DNA of 64,000 bases, taken from Gordius albopunctatus. Its lineage: Eukaryota. Positions 12,201-24,900 of this stretch are shown one piece after another. The first letter of the stretch is position 1. Each line of letters begins with the position of its first letter. Where the stretch lies: the NCBI GenBank assembly GCA_964276515.1, contig OZ193909.1:5828001-5892000 (forward strand), in the 5' to 3' direction. The translations under genes were made by a program, and so were the position numbers. Below the pieces are notes generated by a model, which saw nothing but the letters and a program-made list of their open reading frames with translations, had not been told where the DNA came from and ran no database searches.

Positions 12201-15200
12201 CTTGTTAAACATATTTGCCCCGCCACCCCACAGTAACTAACTTAACCCTATGGATGTTTATGTGGCAAGTTAATAATTTATTTTTTTATTTGTAGGATAT
12301 CAAAAGGCCCCTGCTAGAAACGTGCCTCAAAACCTTTAACGAGTCCGTGATCGTGCCTCAGAGGGAAGTGTTTGAAGCGGATAAAGGCGATCTACGTCCC
12401 GTCCCTTGGTCAACCATCTTTCGAAACGTCATGGGGATCATTAGGTGACATCGATGCCGTCAATTTATATTTCAAGATTTCATTGGGTTTTCTAAATAAC
12501 CCAACGTAGCAGAATTTGAATTAATGATTTAGAAAGTGTCTATAAAGAATTTTTAGATTTTTATTTTTAAAAAAAAGATATAAATAAAATTAAGAGTTAG
12601 ACTAGCATTTAGTGGCCTTTGAATGTTATCTCGGAATAGCTTAGCTCAGAGAGGGGAAAATATGTTTAACAATAACGTATTTTTGTGAAACACTTTTCTA
12701 CAAATTAAAAAATTACGATTATATTTGTTAAGTTTAAGTCGTCGAAGCACTTGACATCTGACCTCACATAATTTTGTATTTGCATCTGTTTACTAAATGC
12801 AAAAAAATATGGCATAAGCGACGTAACATGGTTGCCTAAAAAATTGTAATCTAAAAAGAGCTCTCTATACCAAATAATATTTTTAAATAAATTGCCGTTA
12901 TATTTTTGCCTTTAAGGTTCATAAGGCGATGAACCACGGGCAAGGTTTTTTCCTTTATGGCTCGATTTTTTAATTTAAATGTGTAAGTTGCCATTCAAAG
13001 CCATTTAATAAGCCCTGGTAGAAGTATTATAATTACTGACGGCTTGACTGTGCTCATCCTATATAAAGTAAAGGTGCATAACTTAAAGGTCCCCATATTT
13101 AATTTTCTTATTACCCTCAGATTGAGATGTCCTTTATTTTTCTCAAAAATGTCTTTACCATCTTATTTTATTGCATTTATCATAAACGAAGTTTTTTTGC
13201 GTTTTTTATATATATTTTAAAAGATTTCATTAAAACTGTCAAATAGAAATTGTAGTTCGGATGGAGTTTACGCGCGTAAGCTGTTGCGCGAGACGCCTTC
13301 GTTCGTGCTTTCCCTCTTAGCCGTGGCGGAATCGGCTCTAGCCCGATCAGATTGCGACAACAAATCCATCGAAAATTGCTTGTGTACCCTGAGAAATCTT
13401 TCTTACCGCCTCCAAGAAACGGTTGAACCTGAATACGAATCCGAGGAAGGTGATTGCTCACACATTTTACCTCTTTGCCAAAGTTTTATATTGGAATTCA
13501 GCGTGATTTTGTTGATTCAGTTCGTACTTTTAACCCATCGACGCTCAGTTTATTACAGTGCCAATAGGATTAATACACTATCGTTAATTAAGCACTCTCG
13601 GCTCCAGAACTTTCAGGAAATAACTAACATTCGTAATAACCATTACATTAGGTAATAGAGGCAACATGTGTCAAATGTAGTACTCCTTTCACAAATTGTA
13701 AATACAGATTATAATTGCGAGATAAAAATAGCTATTTAACTTAGGACTTATTTGGTCTATATCTATCCCAAAATTTGAGCTTTAGTTTGAATATAACCTC
13801 GGTTAATTAATTATCATTTAAAATAAAAGGATTTGATGCGACGTATATTACAATTAAGCTGTAAGAACCAAGCGCGGATTTGATTAATTTTTTAAATTTA
13901 GCTTTACCTACTCTAGCGCTGCGACAGGGAAGATTGGACCAGCACCCTAACAAAGAGTATAGCCCCAAAACGGGTATTAAAGGGGATAATGTACCGGGCC
14001 CGGCTCGACCTGGTAACGAGACTCCAGCTTCTTCCACTAGCGGAGCTTCCACTTCTGATTACTCGACCTCTTCTTCTAACCTTAAAACACCCGCCGACGA
14101 TATAGGTTAGCTCTTTATAAATGCAGGAAGACTTCGCCTTTGTTTGTTTCTATTCATCAAACTATTTCGTTTGAATTAAAAACCTTTTACTTTTTTGCCA
14201 CTTTTAAAAGCTTACAAATTTTTCGTCAGAAGAGTTATAAGCAAAATTTAGGTATTTTTATAGGAACTTAGCATTTTTGGTCGAATAATTTCATTTATTC
14301 CTTTCATGTAAAGCATGTGTTCAGTATGCGTAAGTTCAAAATGGGTATTTTCACCGGTTTAGATTTAGGACTATTTTCTTTCAATCTTTACAACACAAAT
14401 TTTGTTTTTTTCCTACACTATTTAGCAAAAATAAAATTTCATGTAGTTTTTCTTTGTGCCACACTTAGGAGGGGGACGCTCTCACCAACAACACATCGGT
14501 TGTTTCGGAACAGCTACGCCCGGCAACGCTTTAAACAACAGAAACGCCCACACTCTTCAACGTGGTTCCGGCTCCAATTCGAAGGATAGTTCTGCCAGTA
14601 ACGGCGCAGGCAGCAATTATAAAAACGGCCACAGAAAAACAGTCACCAACGACAACGCAAAACTGTCCACCGAAGCGCTACTTAAATCTCATCCAACCTA
14701 CGGTCCGCTATGGGATCCCGTGATCGTGGTTAAACTTTATCTCGGCATTTTACGCGAATCTGCTAACCCGCTCACTTTGGAAGCGGCAGCCGGAGCACTG
14801 CAAAATTTAGCCGCCTGCTACTGGCAGGTAACAAATTGTTCTACTATAATATAATAGCAATCGTCGCGGTTGTCAAACTAGGATATTGTATTCTTAGTCA
14901 TGAAAAGATGAGTCTCTATTTATCAATTTTTTTGGGGAGTTATAGACCTTAAATTGGGCTTTGAATGTCGTTGATCCGGATTAATCGGTATTTCTTTCAA
15001 CCAAATTTTTACACCGGTCACTATGCTCTGCCTGCATGGATATCTTAGGGTCATCCTTATATATTTAGAATCACTTGAATTTTAATTCTTATCTTTTTTC
15101 AGCCATCCATCGATATCCGTACGGCAGTTAGGAAGGAGAAAGGCTTGCCTATCTTAGTTGAACTTATAAAGCTCGACAACGATAAAGTGGTGTGCGCCGT

Positions 15201-17986
15201 GGTGACTGCTCTGCGAAACTTATCCATCGACGTCCGCAATAAGGAATTAATCGGTAAGTTTGTTTATACCAAGTTCTCTTTAAATTATTCAACTTGTCAT
15301 TTGATTTTAGCCTTAGCTCTTTTAGCGCCCTCAAAAACAACACTTTATTAATTATTTTTATTAACGCGTTTCTTATCGTCGTTCTCATTCGTGTTTTAGC
15401 CTCAATTTCGAGCGAGAATCTGGTTACGCATAAAATTGCTTATTATACAAAAATAGAAAAATTTTAGTCCGTTTGGTTTGAAATCATTATACATAAATCC
15501 CATTTGAATTAAATAAATTATGAAGACAGAGTTTTTTAACTGCTGGTTTTTGGTTAAAATGTGCAGGCAAATACGCGATGAGAGAACTCGTATCTAAATT
15601 ACCTAATCCACCGGCCCCTGGCTCAAAGGGCGGACCTCGTGCCTCTAATGTTTCCGATGAAACCATATGTGCCGTGTTGGCTGTACTTCATCAAGTCATA
15701 TACGAAAATCCTGAATTCGCTCAGTAAAATAACTCATGATATCATTCTGCTATATCTACGATTCATTTCTATTAAGTAAAGAAAATTTAATATGAAATTT
15801 TTAAGGCGAATCTCTTAAACTTTGGCATAATCGTCAGAATTTCTTAGAATGGTTTTTACATAACATAAGCTATTAAAAAATTTATTTGTGATAATGTTTT
15901 AGGTGAAAATTTTGTGATTGTCAGCCATTTATAACGCTAGGATAAATAAACCTAGAAATTTTATTCGCTCCCTTAGATCTTTGATGGAATCTCGAGGGGT
16001 AGAAAAACTGGTGCATATCTCACAACAATGTCAAATCCTCCATCCTTCCACTAACGCGCCCATAAATAAATCATCCAGATACGCTTCCCAGGTAACCTCT
16101 TTACATAACTATGTACTTGTAACCTTGCACAACCATCTGTTCTTTTGTAACTTAATCGGATTTATTCTACTTAATAAACAAGTCATTTTCTACCAAGGTA
16201 TTGGCTGTAATGTGGAAGCACAAAGAACTTCGCGAAGTTTACGCTAGGGCAGGTTGGAATGAAAGCGTTTTTGAGAATAGCTCCAACACACAGAAAAACA
16301 TTGTCGAACAAAACGGGAATCACAGAGATAATCCTCTCACTAATAACGTTAAAAGTAAATTTGTAAAGTTTTTGTAAAAATTTCTAAAACAAAAAATGCC
16401 TTCAATTTCGAAAAATAAATTTGCACTAAATATTTTTTTTATAAATAGGTCGGGTTCATGCAAACGGAGGTCCGAGGGATGTTAGTACCTTGATGAGACC
16501 GATAAGCTCCCAAGGACCGTCGGTAACACCCGATCGTACCCCGCTGCCCAACCAAAAGGGACCGTCGTCTCAAGCAGCCATATACCCAAACAACAATGAT
16601 GCGCGAGGATCAAATGCGCACCATTACGCCCACCATAGCAACATGGTAAAACAATTTGGTTTCCGGTTGACGGAAAATGAAAACTGCTTAAGGTTGTTAT
16701 TCGAGTGAGATAGAAACTGCCTGAAATAGCCCCCTTGATACTAAGCAGTGTTGCTGATAAACATGGTTTTTAGCAGATTTCGTTTACCATTTAGCAGGCA
16801 ACTGCTTAAGGTTGTTATTCGAGTGAGATAGAAACTGCCTGAAATAGCCCCCTTGATACTAAGCAGTGTTGCTGATAAACATGGTTTTTAGCAGATTTCG
16901 TTTACCATTTAGCAGGCAGCATTGCATTTAATGCTAATTTTAAAAACGATTTAGTGCTAAAAATAAATTACACAGCAATTAATATTTAATTTTAAACAAA
17001 TTTTGGGTCCCAACAACGGGAATAAATATATTGGATGCCAATAAAGCAGAAATTTAGTGATTTAAGTTCCTCTGCGATGGCGATAGGGTCATGGTTATAA
17101 TGAGAAGGGGCAAAAAGGTAGATGATACTTGTAGAAAGGGATAAGCCATTTTGCCAAGGGGCTAGTGAGGAGCCATCAGGTCGTATCCCTCCACCCAAAG
17201 GTTTATGGGCTCCAGGATTGACTGGACTGCCTTTGCTATTAAAAAATTGGCTTTGTTGCCCCGCATATTAAATTCATTTGCAAGGCATTGTACAGGGTGC
17301 CTGCCAAATTCATCTAATAAGGGAAGAACAATTAAGACACGGAATTTTCTTACTATAACTAATTCCCAACCTTAAAGCTATAGAATAAGATAGCTCAAAG
17401 TCGTCGAGCAGCATTCCCTAAACTAAAGTTTGCTGGGATAGGCTTAAAGCCACTCGTGACCAAAATCATCAAAGACGAGGGACCTAAGATTGTAAACTAT
17501 CATCGCTCATCGATAAGAGGTAACCAACGGAGCGCGATATTAGGCCAGAATTCCAAACCTTCTCGTTCGAACTTTAAGGTTGAATGGTTTTGGGTGTTCA
17601 TATTCCATAGCTTAAAGGCTTTAAAGATTTTAAACTTTCTCGTAACATCCTATGTGAAATGTACAATCGGATATGAGGGCCGTACATATCCCACCAGTTT
17701 TTACATTGCTATGTGAAGTGCTAAACGAATTATATCAATAAAGGCCTAATACTTATTTAATTTATTCTTCTTTCAGAATGGTAAACCAGTTGGTGGAGGG
17801 TATACATACGAGCCAATATATACGCAGGTGAATAAAAAGCCGCCTCAAGCAACGCCACAATATGGAAATGGTAATCATCATCACCATCACAAGGACGTCC
17901 TCATGATTCCCATGGAAAAAATGGAAATTCGTGCCGACGGAAAATCATCTCGTTACGATCAATGCGCCTCCGATTCCTGGGTGTAA
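6264..17986 (+). CDS. CTNND2: Delta-catenin / p120-catenin family armadillo protein (CTNND2/ARVCF/PKP4-like), 5' end not in this contig
   Basis: Exons 6264-6393, 6789-7087, 10387-10519, 10971-11091, 11601-11717, 12296-12444, 13247-13449, 13902-14105, 14469-14827, 15103-15253, 15567-15723, 15977-16091, 16198-16354, 16449-16645, 17777-17986 join in frame with GT-AG. ARM motifs [65 protein letters not shown]; ends ..CASDSWV*. Symbol marks the family; orthology not tested. Confidence 0.9.
7182..7295. mobile_element. Short hAT-type MITE (CATGGGCGTA family, deleted copy)
   Basis: Right end TACGCCCATG; 8-bp TSD ATCGGTAC at 7174-7181 and 7296-7303; internal cagctgccccc..aaatttcaaaaaatga shared with other copies. 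Confidence 0.75.
7556..10252 (+). mobile_element. Non-autonomous Helentron/DINE-1-like element with expanded central tandem array
   Basis: Subterminal inverted repeat TTGCTATGCAATTTATGG (7558-7575) / CCATAAATTGCATAGCAA (10147-10164); (GTCC)n near the 5' end; 3' hairpin GGGCC-GAA-GGCCC (10237-10249) followed by GAG-TTT; no TSD; same architecture at 59844-60657. Confidence 0.7.
8255..9312. repeat. ~105-106 bp tandem repeat array (about 10 units) inside the Helentron-like element
   Basis: CTGACCAATG recurs at 8311, 8420, 8525, 8630, 8736, 8842, 8970, 9078, 9184, 9281. Confidence 0.95.
16682..16918. repeat. 2 x 118-bp tandem duplication in a catenin intron
   Basis: aactgcttaaggttgttattcgag...tttagcaggca repeated at offset 118 with no mismatch seen. 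Confidence 0.9.
16992..17345 (-). mobile_element. Decayed fragment of a non-LTR retrotransposon zinc knuckle plus restriction-like endonuclease (CRE-like)
   Basis: Minus strand, with frameshifts: [51 protein letters not shown], matching the D..G.H...C..LEP..RPDG..PW..G pattern of RLE-class elements. Confidence 0.55.
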
Positions 17987-18943
17987 ACGCACACCCTTTT
18001 TGTATCTATAAAGCACATTTAAATACTATTTTGAGTTACTTTAAATTGTCCGAACAATTAAAGCAACCATGTACACGTCTTGACATTATTGCGCGTTCCT
18101 TTTTCATTCATTTTTACTTATTAAAAAAATACCAAAGATCTTTTTGCACTCAAGATATTGCCTCTTTCCAGTATTTTATAGCACATGCATTATTATTCTT
18201 ACTTTAAAATCAAGTATGTCTTTAAATCATCTTGCAAGCAATACTTAATATTAATTATGAATACCGCCATACTTAAAAACTTCCATTTTTTTATATATCA
18301 TCCCTACTTTTAATATTTTGTAAATAGAGGACTACACAAATCAGTTTGCTAGCTAGGTGTACAAAAAATAGTTTTGAACAAAACGTCTTTCCTTCCCTTT
18401 TTATACTTTTGATAAATTTCGTGCATTGTCACCAACATACACACAATTATTATAATACTTTTACCAATCTCTCGTACACGCTTATATATATATATTAATA
18501 TGAAACATTTAATACATTTTAGCAATTATGCATTTAAAGAAACAAGTTATCATCTTAATGCAGGATAAAAAAAAGTAAATACGTTTAAACGTCATTATTA
18601 CACCACCAGGTTTTTTTTATCTTGGCAATCATTCGATCATATCATGGTTAGACATTTGAAATTTTTATCGGTTAAAGATGATCACATAACTTAAAAAAAT
18701 ATATAATTAGTTCAAAATTTACAAAATAATTTACGTATATTGAGATGGAGGGATCATGCCTGAAAACGGTGTTATGAAATTTATATTGGTGACGTGTTTT
18801 AACGGTAATAAATCAGCTAAGGGAGGAATGTATAAAAAAGGTAAATAAAATCTACCTTTATTTTAAAGTGGGATTTACACATAAAATCCAAATTTCGCCA
18901 TTGATTAATGAGTGAGAGGTGTTAGGGGTGAGCAATAATTAAT

Positions 18944-21900
18944 TCAGGAGTTAAAGATTGATTGAATCATATCGTCGGTTATTAGGATATTAATATCAGA
19001 TTTTGAAGGCTCTTGATTGTTTTCCTGCTGCACCGATTTGGGAACAGGTGACGTGGTCTGTTCCTTCCTAAATTTTTCCCTCTGCATAGTATCTATGGCG
19101 TGGATTAAATCGACGCGTTGTTCAAAGAATTGAACCAGCAGAGGCTCGGTTAGAATGGAAGCTAGGATTTGGTCAAACCTCACGATCCATGCTTTGTTAT
19201 TATCGAATTGTTCAGCAGTTGATTCTTCTCGGTTTTCCTCAATATTTTCGAGTATGAGTGGAACCGATTTAAGTGCGGCCTCTTTAATTCGAGATTCTCC
19301 GATGTGAAGGATTAACGTTCCTACGGTAGCCACGCTGTGCAATAACTCGTCCTCGTTGGGCCCTTCAAAAAGATCGTATATCGCCCGCCAGAACAGGGAA
19401 AATGTTTCCTAAACCACCGTACAACAAATTACTATTTAAACTTTGTTAACATTTTTTTCACCAGAAACTTTTATTAAAATTCCTACCCAACCCAATTGAA
19501 ATTCCAAAGAAAAGCAACTTGGCCGTGTTAGTGACAAAAGGTTTATAATCAGACAATTTTAAAGGCGACAATATAACTTAAATACAATAGATGATAATAA
19601 TAAATTTTCAAATAATATAATTTTTATTTGTTAAAAATTTGATGGTATTATACATTCTAATAAATATGAGGCTAACTTGATCCATGGGTCTTATTTTGGC
19701 AGGCGAGGTATTCACGATATCGGCTAAAGCTTGTTCTTTTTTACTTCTCATGGGAGATTTCAAAAGGGGATCTTTAGGACGATATAAAATCTCTTTTAAG
19801 CGCTTCAAATTTTCAATATTCTCTTCTAAATTTTCACCTATTAAATGGGTAAAAATTTAGGCTTATGGAAGCAAGAACGAGTAAATAAAAAGATTTTAAA
19901 TGAGAAAAACAATTCAATTGTAAAACCGTTTGAGGGCTTCGATATGTCGGAATACAGGATATCATCTTGGAAAAACTGTTTGGCGTCGATTGCCGTCTCC
20001 GAAACTTTAATTCATAAATATAATAGCATTTAATTAAACTTATACAAATTGAGAGCAAATGCAGTATTTACGACCGTTTTTGGAAATATTAAATGAATTT
20101 TAAGATATAAAAAAGTGCTAAAAATTAAGGCACGCATAAAGTTTATACCAATAGCGTCGTTGGAAGAACGTTGATCGCAATTGACGAAAAATCGGGAAGA
20201 AGGCAAGAAACCTGCCCCAATAAAGAGTGGAGAAATTTCATCTGTAGCAGAGAGGGAGGTGTCGTTGTTATTACTGACGAAACGGGAGAAGGGCGGTAAA
20301 AATAAGCGGTACAAAAATTCTAATCTATTTTCTAAGCTCGATCGAAGGCATACTCTGTAAAAGGAGGCGAATTGACGGAAATCAATGAGCATGTCCGCGT
20401 TTTCGTCCAGGAGCTTAACGTAAAATGTGTGAGCGCTTTCGTTAAAAAGTTAGAAATTTAGGTTTGATTCATAAATAAAATAATCAAATTGTCGCATTAT
20501 GTTAGTTCGTTTGACACACACATATTTTGTATTAATTCATAGTTTTCAATTTTAAAAGGGACCTTATAAAAATTGTCCACTTGCAGCAATAATTAATGAT
20601 ACACACCTGTGATTCACAATTTTCTTGTCAAAGTCTAAAAAGCAATTAATAAACTACTCGAGAATTTTAATTTTAAAATTAAATATTTTATTTGCAAGGA
20701 AAAATTACTCTAAAAAATTTTTTGGACAAAGGCGTAGATAAGGTTCCCTTTCCCCAGGGGCAAATTTGGTCAAATATTATTTTGAAAGATTCGTAATCTA
20801 TCTTGTATAGTTCATGATTAGGAACGGATGGATCATATTTTTCCCAAGGATCCGTGAATAGCTCTCGCGAACTGAGAGACCCTAAGCGCTCTTCCTATAC
20901 AAATAGATTAATCCAAAATCATGTTTTTTTAAGTTGATTCATTTATATAAGTGCCGACAAAAGGATGCTACTATTCTTTTAAAAACGTCACAATAAATTT
21001 AAAACAGCAATTTTGGTTGCGAAAAAGAATGCCGTGGAACCTAATTTTATTAATGTATCTGAATTGTCAACAATTAGCTACATTTTTTATTCATTTATAA
21101 TAGAAATTTAAATTTCTTAAGGGTATTTAAGGTAAAGTCATGATCGAAAAACGAATTTAGTGTTTTGCAAATGCTTTATTTAGACCTTAATTTTGACGGC
21201 TAATTTGTCATAAATCAAATGCCTACTGAGATTGAATTATCTCAGCCAAAATATTAAGTCAAAGCAATGAGCTAATAAATTACTTTAAAAAAGACAAAGG
21301 GAAAAATATAAAATCTAATAAAGATCTCCTTCACTAAATTTATCATCTAAATCATATAAATTTACTAAACTATGTCTATTTGAACGTTTAAATTCTAGGA
21401 AAGAACATAAAAAGTAGACTACGCCCGTTGAATAACCTTAAATAGGGTGAAGAGTGCTTCCAATTCTTCGCGTGTGAAATCGGGGATATCTTTGCCCAAA
21501 GCTCTTACCACCGTTTTCATGTTCACTTCTTCGATCCCCTATTATTGAAAGCCAAATTATAAATCTTTCTAATAAATTCCGCTTCAACTAAAATTAAATT
21601 TGTTTCAAAAATTCAACGATTAATCTGTTTCTGTAACAAGTTCCATATGAAAACTATAACACAAATAACATCCCTTAACTTTGAATTGCGAGGGTTTATA
21701 AAAATAATTGATTTATACTAGTGTTAGTCGCATAAATAAACCCATGGTTTTTTGGTCAAACCTTTCGTCTATTTATGTCTAGTCAACTAAGACCAAAGGT
21801 CGCCCAAATAAAACCAACGTTTACAACACTAATTTATACCTGCACGACGGATAGACGGTATCGCAATCTCAATTTTTCAATCTTTTCCCGCGATATATCC

Positions 21901-24900
21901 CCAAATTTGGCGTAGGAATTGTAGACCAGTTTGACCACGTCTATCGATTCCTACTCGTTATTTGACATTAAAAGGTATAATTATTAATTTAAAACGTGGT
22001 ATTAATAGGTGTTTTTAAAATTCCTATCAAGAAATTAAATTGAGAAACTTAAAACAACATTCTTTAAGTATAACACTTATTTAAACAATTAATAAACGAT
22101 CTTCGTAAGGTAAATTTTTATATCCTATGATCATTAAACAATTCGTGTTGTAATAAGAGGTTCTTAGAACCAAAACTAATATTTGGATTAAAGAGTTTAA
22201 TCGCCTACAAACCCAGTTAATCTTTATAAACAACTTCTTACCTTGGGCTGCCTCTTGCGATTTTTGTTGAGGTTTTCGTCCTGGGCACACTTCAGATTGG
22301 TTGCTTTGGGTGAAGGGGCGTGCGAGGAGATAAGCGATTTAGCTCCTTTGTTAACTACCCCTTCGAGGTATCGACTCAGTACGAGCATAGCTTCTCCGTC
22401 ATCTTTACTCTGCAATATCGCCTCGCGATTCGCCTCAAAAATTGTCAAGGATACCTGCAGATGCAGTATTTTTTAGTTTGTTCCCATTTTTTCTAAGACT
22501 AATTTAAGTTTATGCGTCAGTCAAAATTTCCAATAATTCTGACATCGTCCGACAACCATTTTCGCTAAGTTCATGACATGGCTGCAATGTTCGGTCGATA
22601 ATGTATTTAAGGGGCAAAAATGTTTTAACCGTCTTACATTTTGGCTAAAATTAATTGAAGCTCTGTTATTGGCAACCCAAACGAAAATCTTACTTACTTA
22701 GCTCTAAAAAAACAAATGATCAATTCGATAATGGGTTGGAGTGAAATATAGACGTGCCCTTTGATTTAGGCAGATTCTCAAACTTTTCTTACAACAGGAC
22801 TTTTTTTGTGGAATAGGTCCTTACCATTTTAGTAAATAGTTAAGGTACGGATTTACAAATGCTAACAAAAAATTATCCCACAACTTACACGTTCTCTTAA
22901 TAACAATCGATGTAAATTTGATATGAATAGAGTAGTCAACCAATATTTATCCATATTATAGATTTTAAAGTCAAAAAACCATTGGCTATTTATAAACATA
23001 CATAATAATTTTAAAAAAATGTGCATTTATCCCTGTCATTGGCGCTAATTTTATAATAGACAAATAAAATTATCATTGGAGTCGTTATAAAGGGTCATGG
23101 GTAAGCTTAAACTACATTAACAAACTTTTTCTCTTCTCCCCAAAAAATAATCGCAAATTTCTAAATTTCTCAAAACATTTTTATAATTTTATTTGCATGG
23201 AAAGTATGTTTTATCGAAAATCAACAATTCGTGCCGCCCAGCCCCTTACTTGAAAAAGGAATTTGGCACCGCTGTAAAAGAAACAATCCAATAAATTGAC
23301 GGCGCTCTGAAAATTCATGACGCTGAGAAAAATTGTTAAGAACCAAGAGAGGGTGATCATGCGCGATAAACCATAGGAATGGAGTTTGGATTGGAGGTCG
23401 GGCAAGTAATCTTTCAGCAATTCGTCGAATACGCCCTGATCCACCAAAGCACCCACAACCTATGCATTTGAAAGCATTTTATTACTAATTAATAATTTAG
23501 TCCAAATATTGCTCAAAGTTATTTGAGAAATTATCGAATTTTTCGTAATACAAATTATTCATCGCTTTTATAACTAGCACCTACTTTAAATGATAAATTC
23601 TTAAATTATTAATATAAATACAAACCCATTCGCTAAACTTTTTATATACTGGCGTATATGGAGCAAGTTTAAATAGATTTGATTATGGGCGTAGGCAGAT
23701 AGGAGAGGGGGGCGATAATGGTTTAGGATGGGCAAAATTACAATCCCCCTTGTTTTTAGATTAAATTTTATATTATGAGAAACTTAATATTAATTACTTC
23801 ACAGCTGTAAGAAAATCTAACCAAATAACGTTATTCGTATTGTTACCATTGCACAACAACATAACATTCAAATACCATACTAAATTAACAATAACGCCTT
23901 ATCCCTTCGCAAAAATAAATTATTATCATAGAATTCAAAAGCAGAAATTATAAGATTTATAAATCATCGCAACTTCATTTCTCGACTAATAAACAGCCTA
24001 AACCTAATCTGATAAGATCTTAATCCAAAATTTGCAAGGACAAAACGGAGAGAGCGCAAACTTTGGTGTTGTAATATTCGGGGAGTAACCGCTCACAGAC
24101 TGCAACCAGGAGCCAAAAGGCTTGTTCCTCGTTGGCGGAATAAAGGATGAGGACGGAAGCCACAATATTCATGGCCTGGCAATAGCCGATAGATGGATTT
24201 CTGTAAGCGTAAGCGGTCAGAACTCTCCGCAGCGAATTAATCCCCGACTCCGTTTGAAAAGTTGGGTGCTCGGGCAGGGACCTTATAATATGAATATTTA
24301 TATTGACTAAATATTATTGATATTAAATTGAGCCATATATTAAACATGATTTCTTTCAGGCCCCTGATTCAAAGAACTAGATCTGAATGAATTATAGTAA
24401 ACAAAATATTGCACAACCCTTCTCCACTTTTTAAACTTTTAAATATATTCCACGTTCCCCAGGCGGGCCGATTATTTTTAAGACACACTGAGACTAATAA
24501 TGCGTAAATAAAATTCCATTGAGATGCCGATTGTTTTCCTCCAACATGAGATGCATAAAGTATATCGGTGAGTAGTCTTTTAGTCAACTATCACTTATTA
24601 GTATTATACCCAGGGCAAAAAATATAAGAATTATTGCGGCGTATGTTTATTAAAAAGAACTGTTGAACAAATTGAAGGCCATAGAATTTAAAGGTTTTAG
24701 TGCCTTTTTAAAAGAACTTAACATCTAAAGCCTTAACAAATCATGCTCGCGTATATTGGAGAACGGAAGCAAATCCACGAAATTAGGCAACATTCGTATG
24801 AGTTTTTATGCTGTGGTAATTTTATTAATTAAGAAGTTTACGAAATCAAATTATACCTGTGGAGATCTCGTTCAATTTCGTCCGTTACCAAATTGACCTT

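Noticed and set aside
17004..17025. Second twister core (GGTCCCAA)
   Set aside because: No UAA/P2/GAGGG context; lies in the antisense of the RLE fossil.
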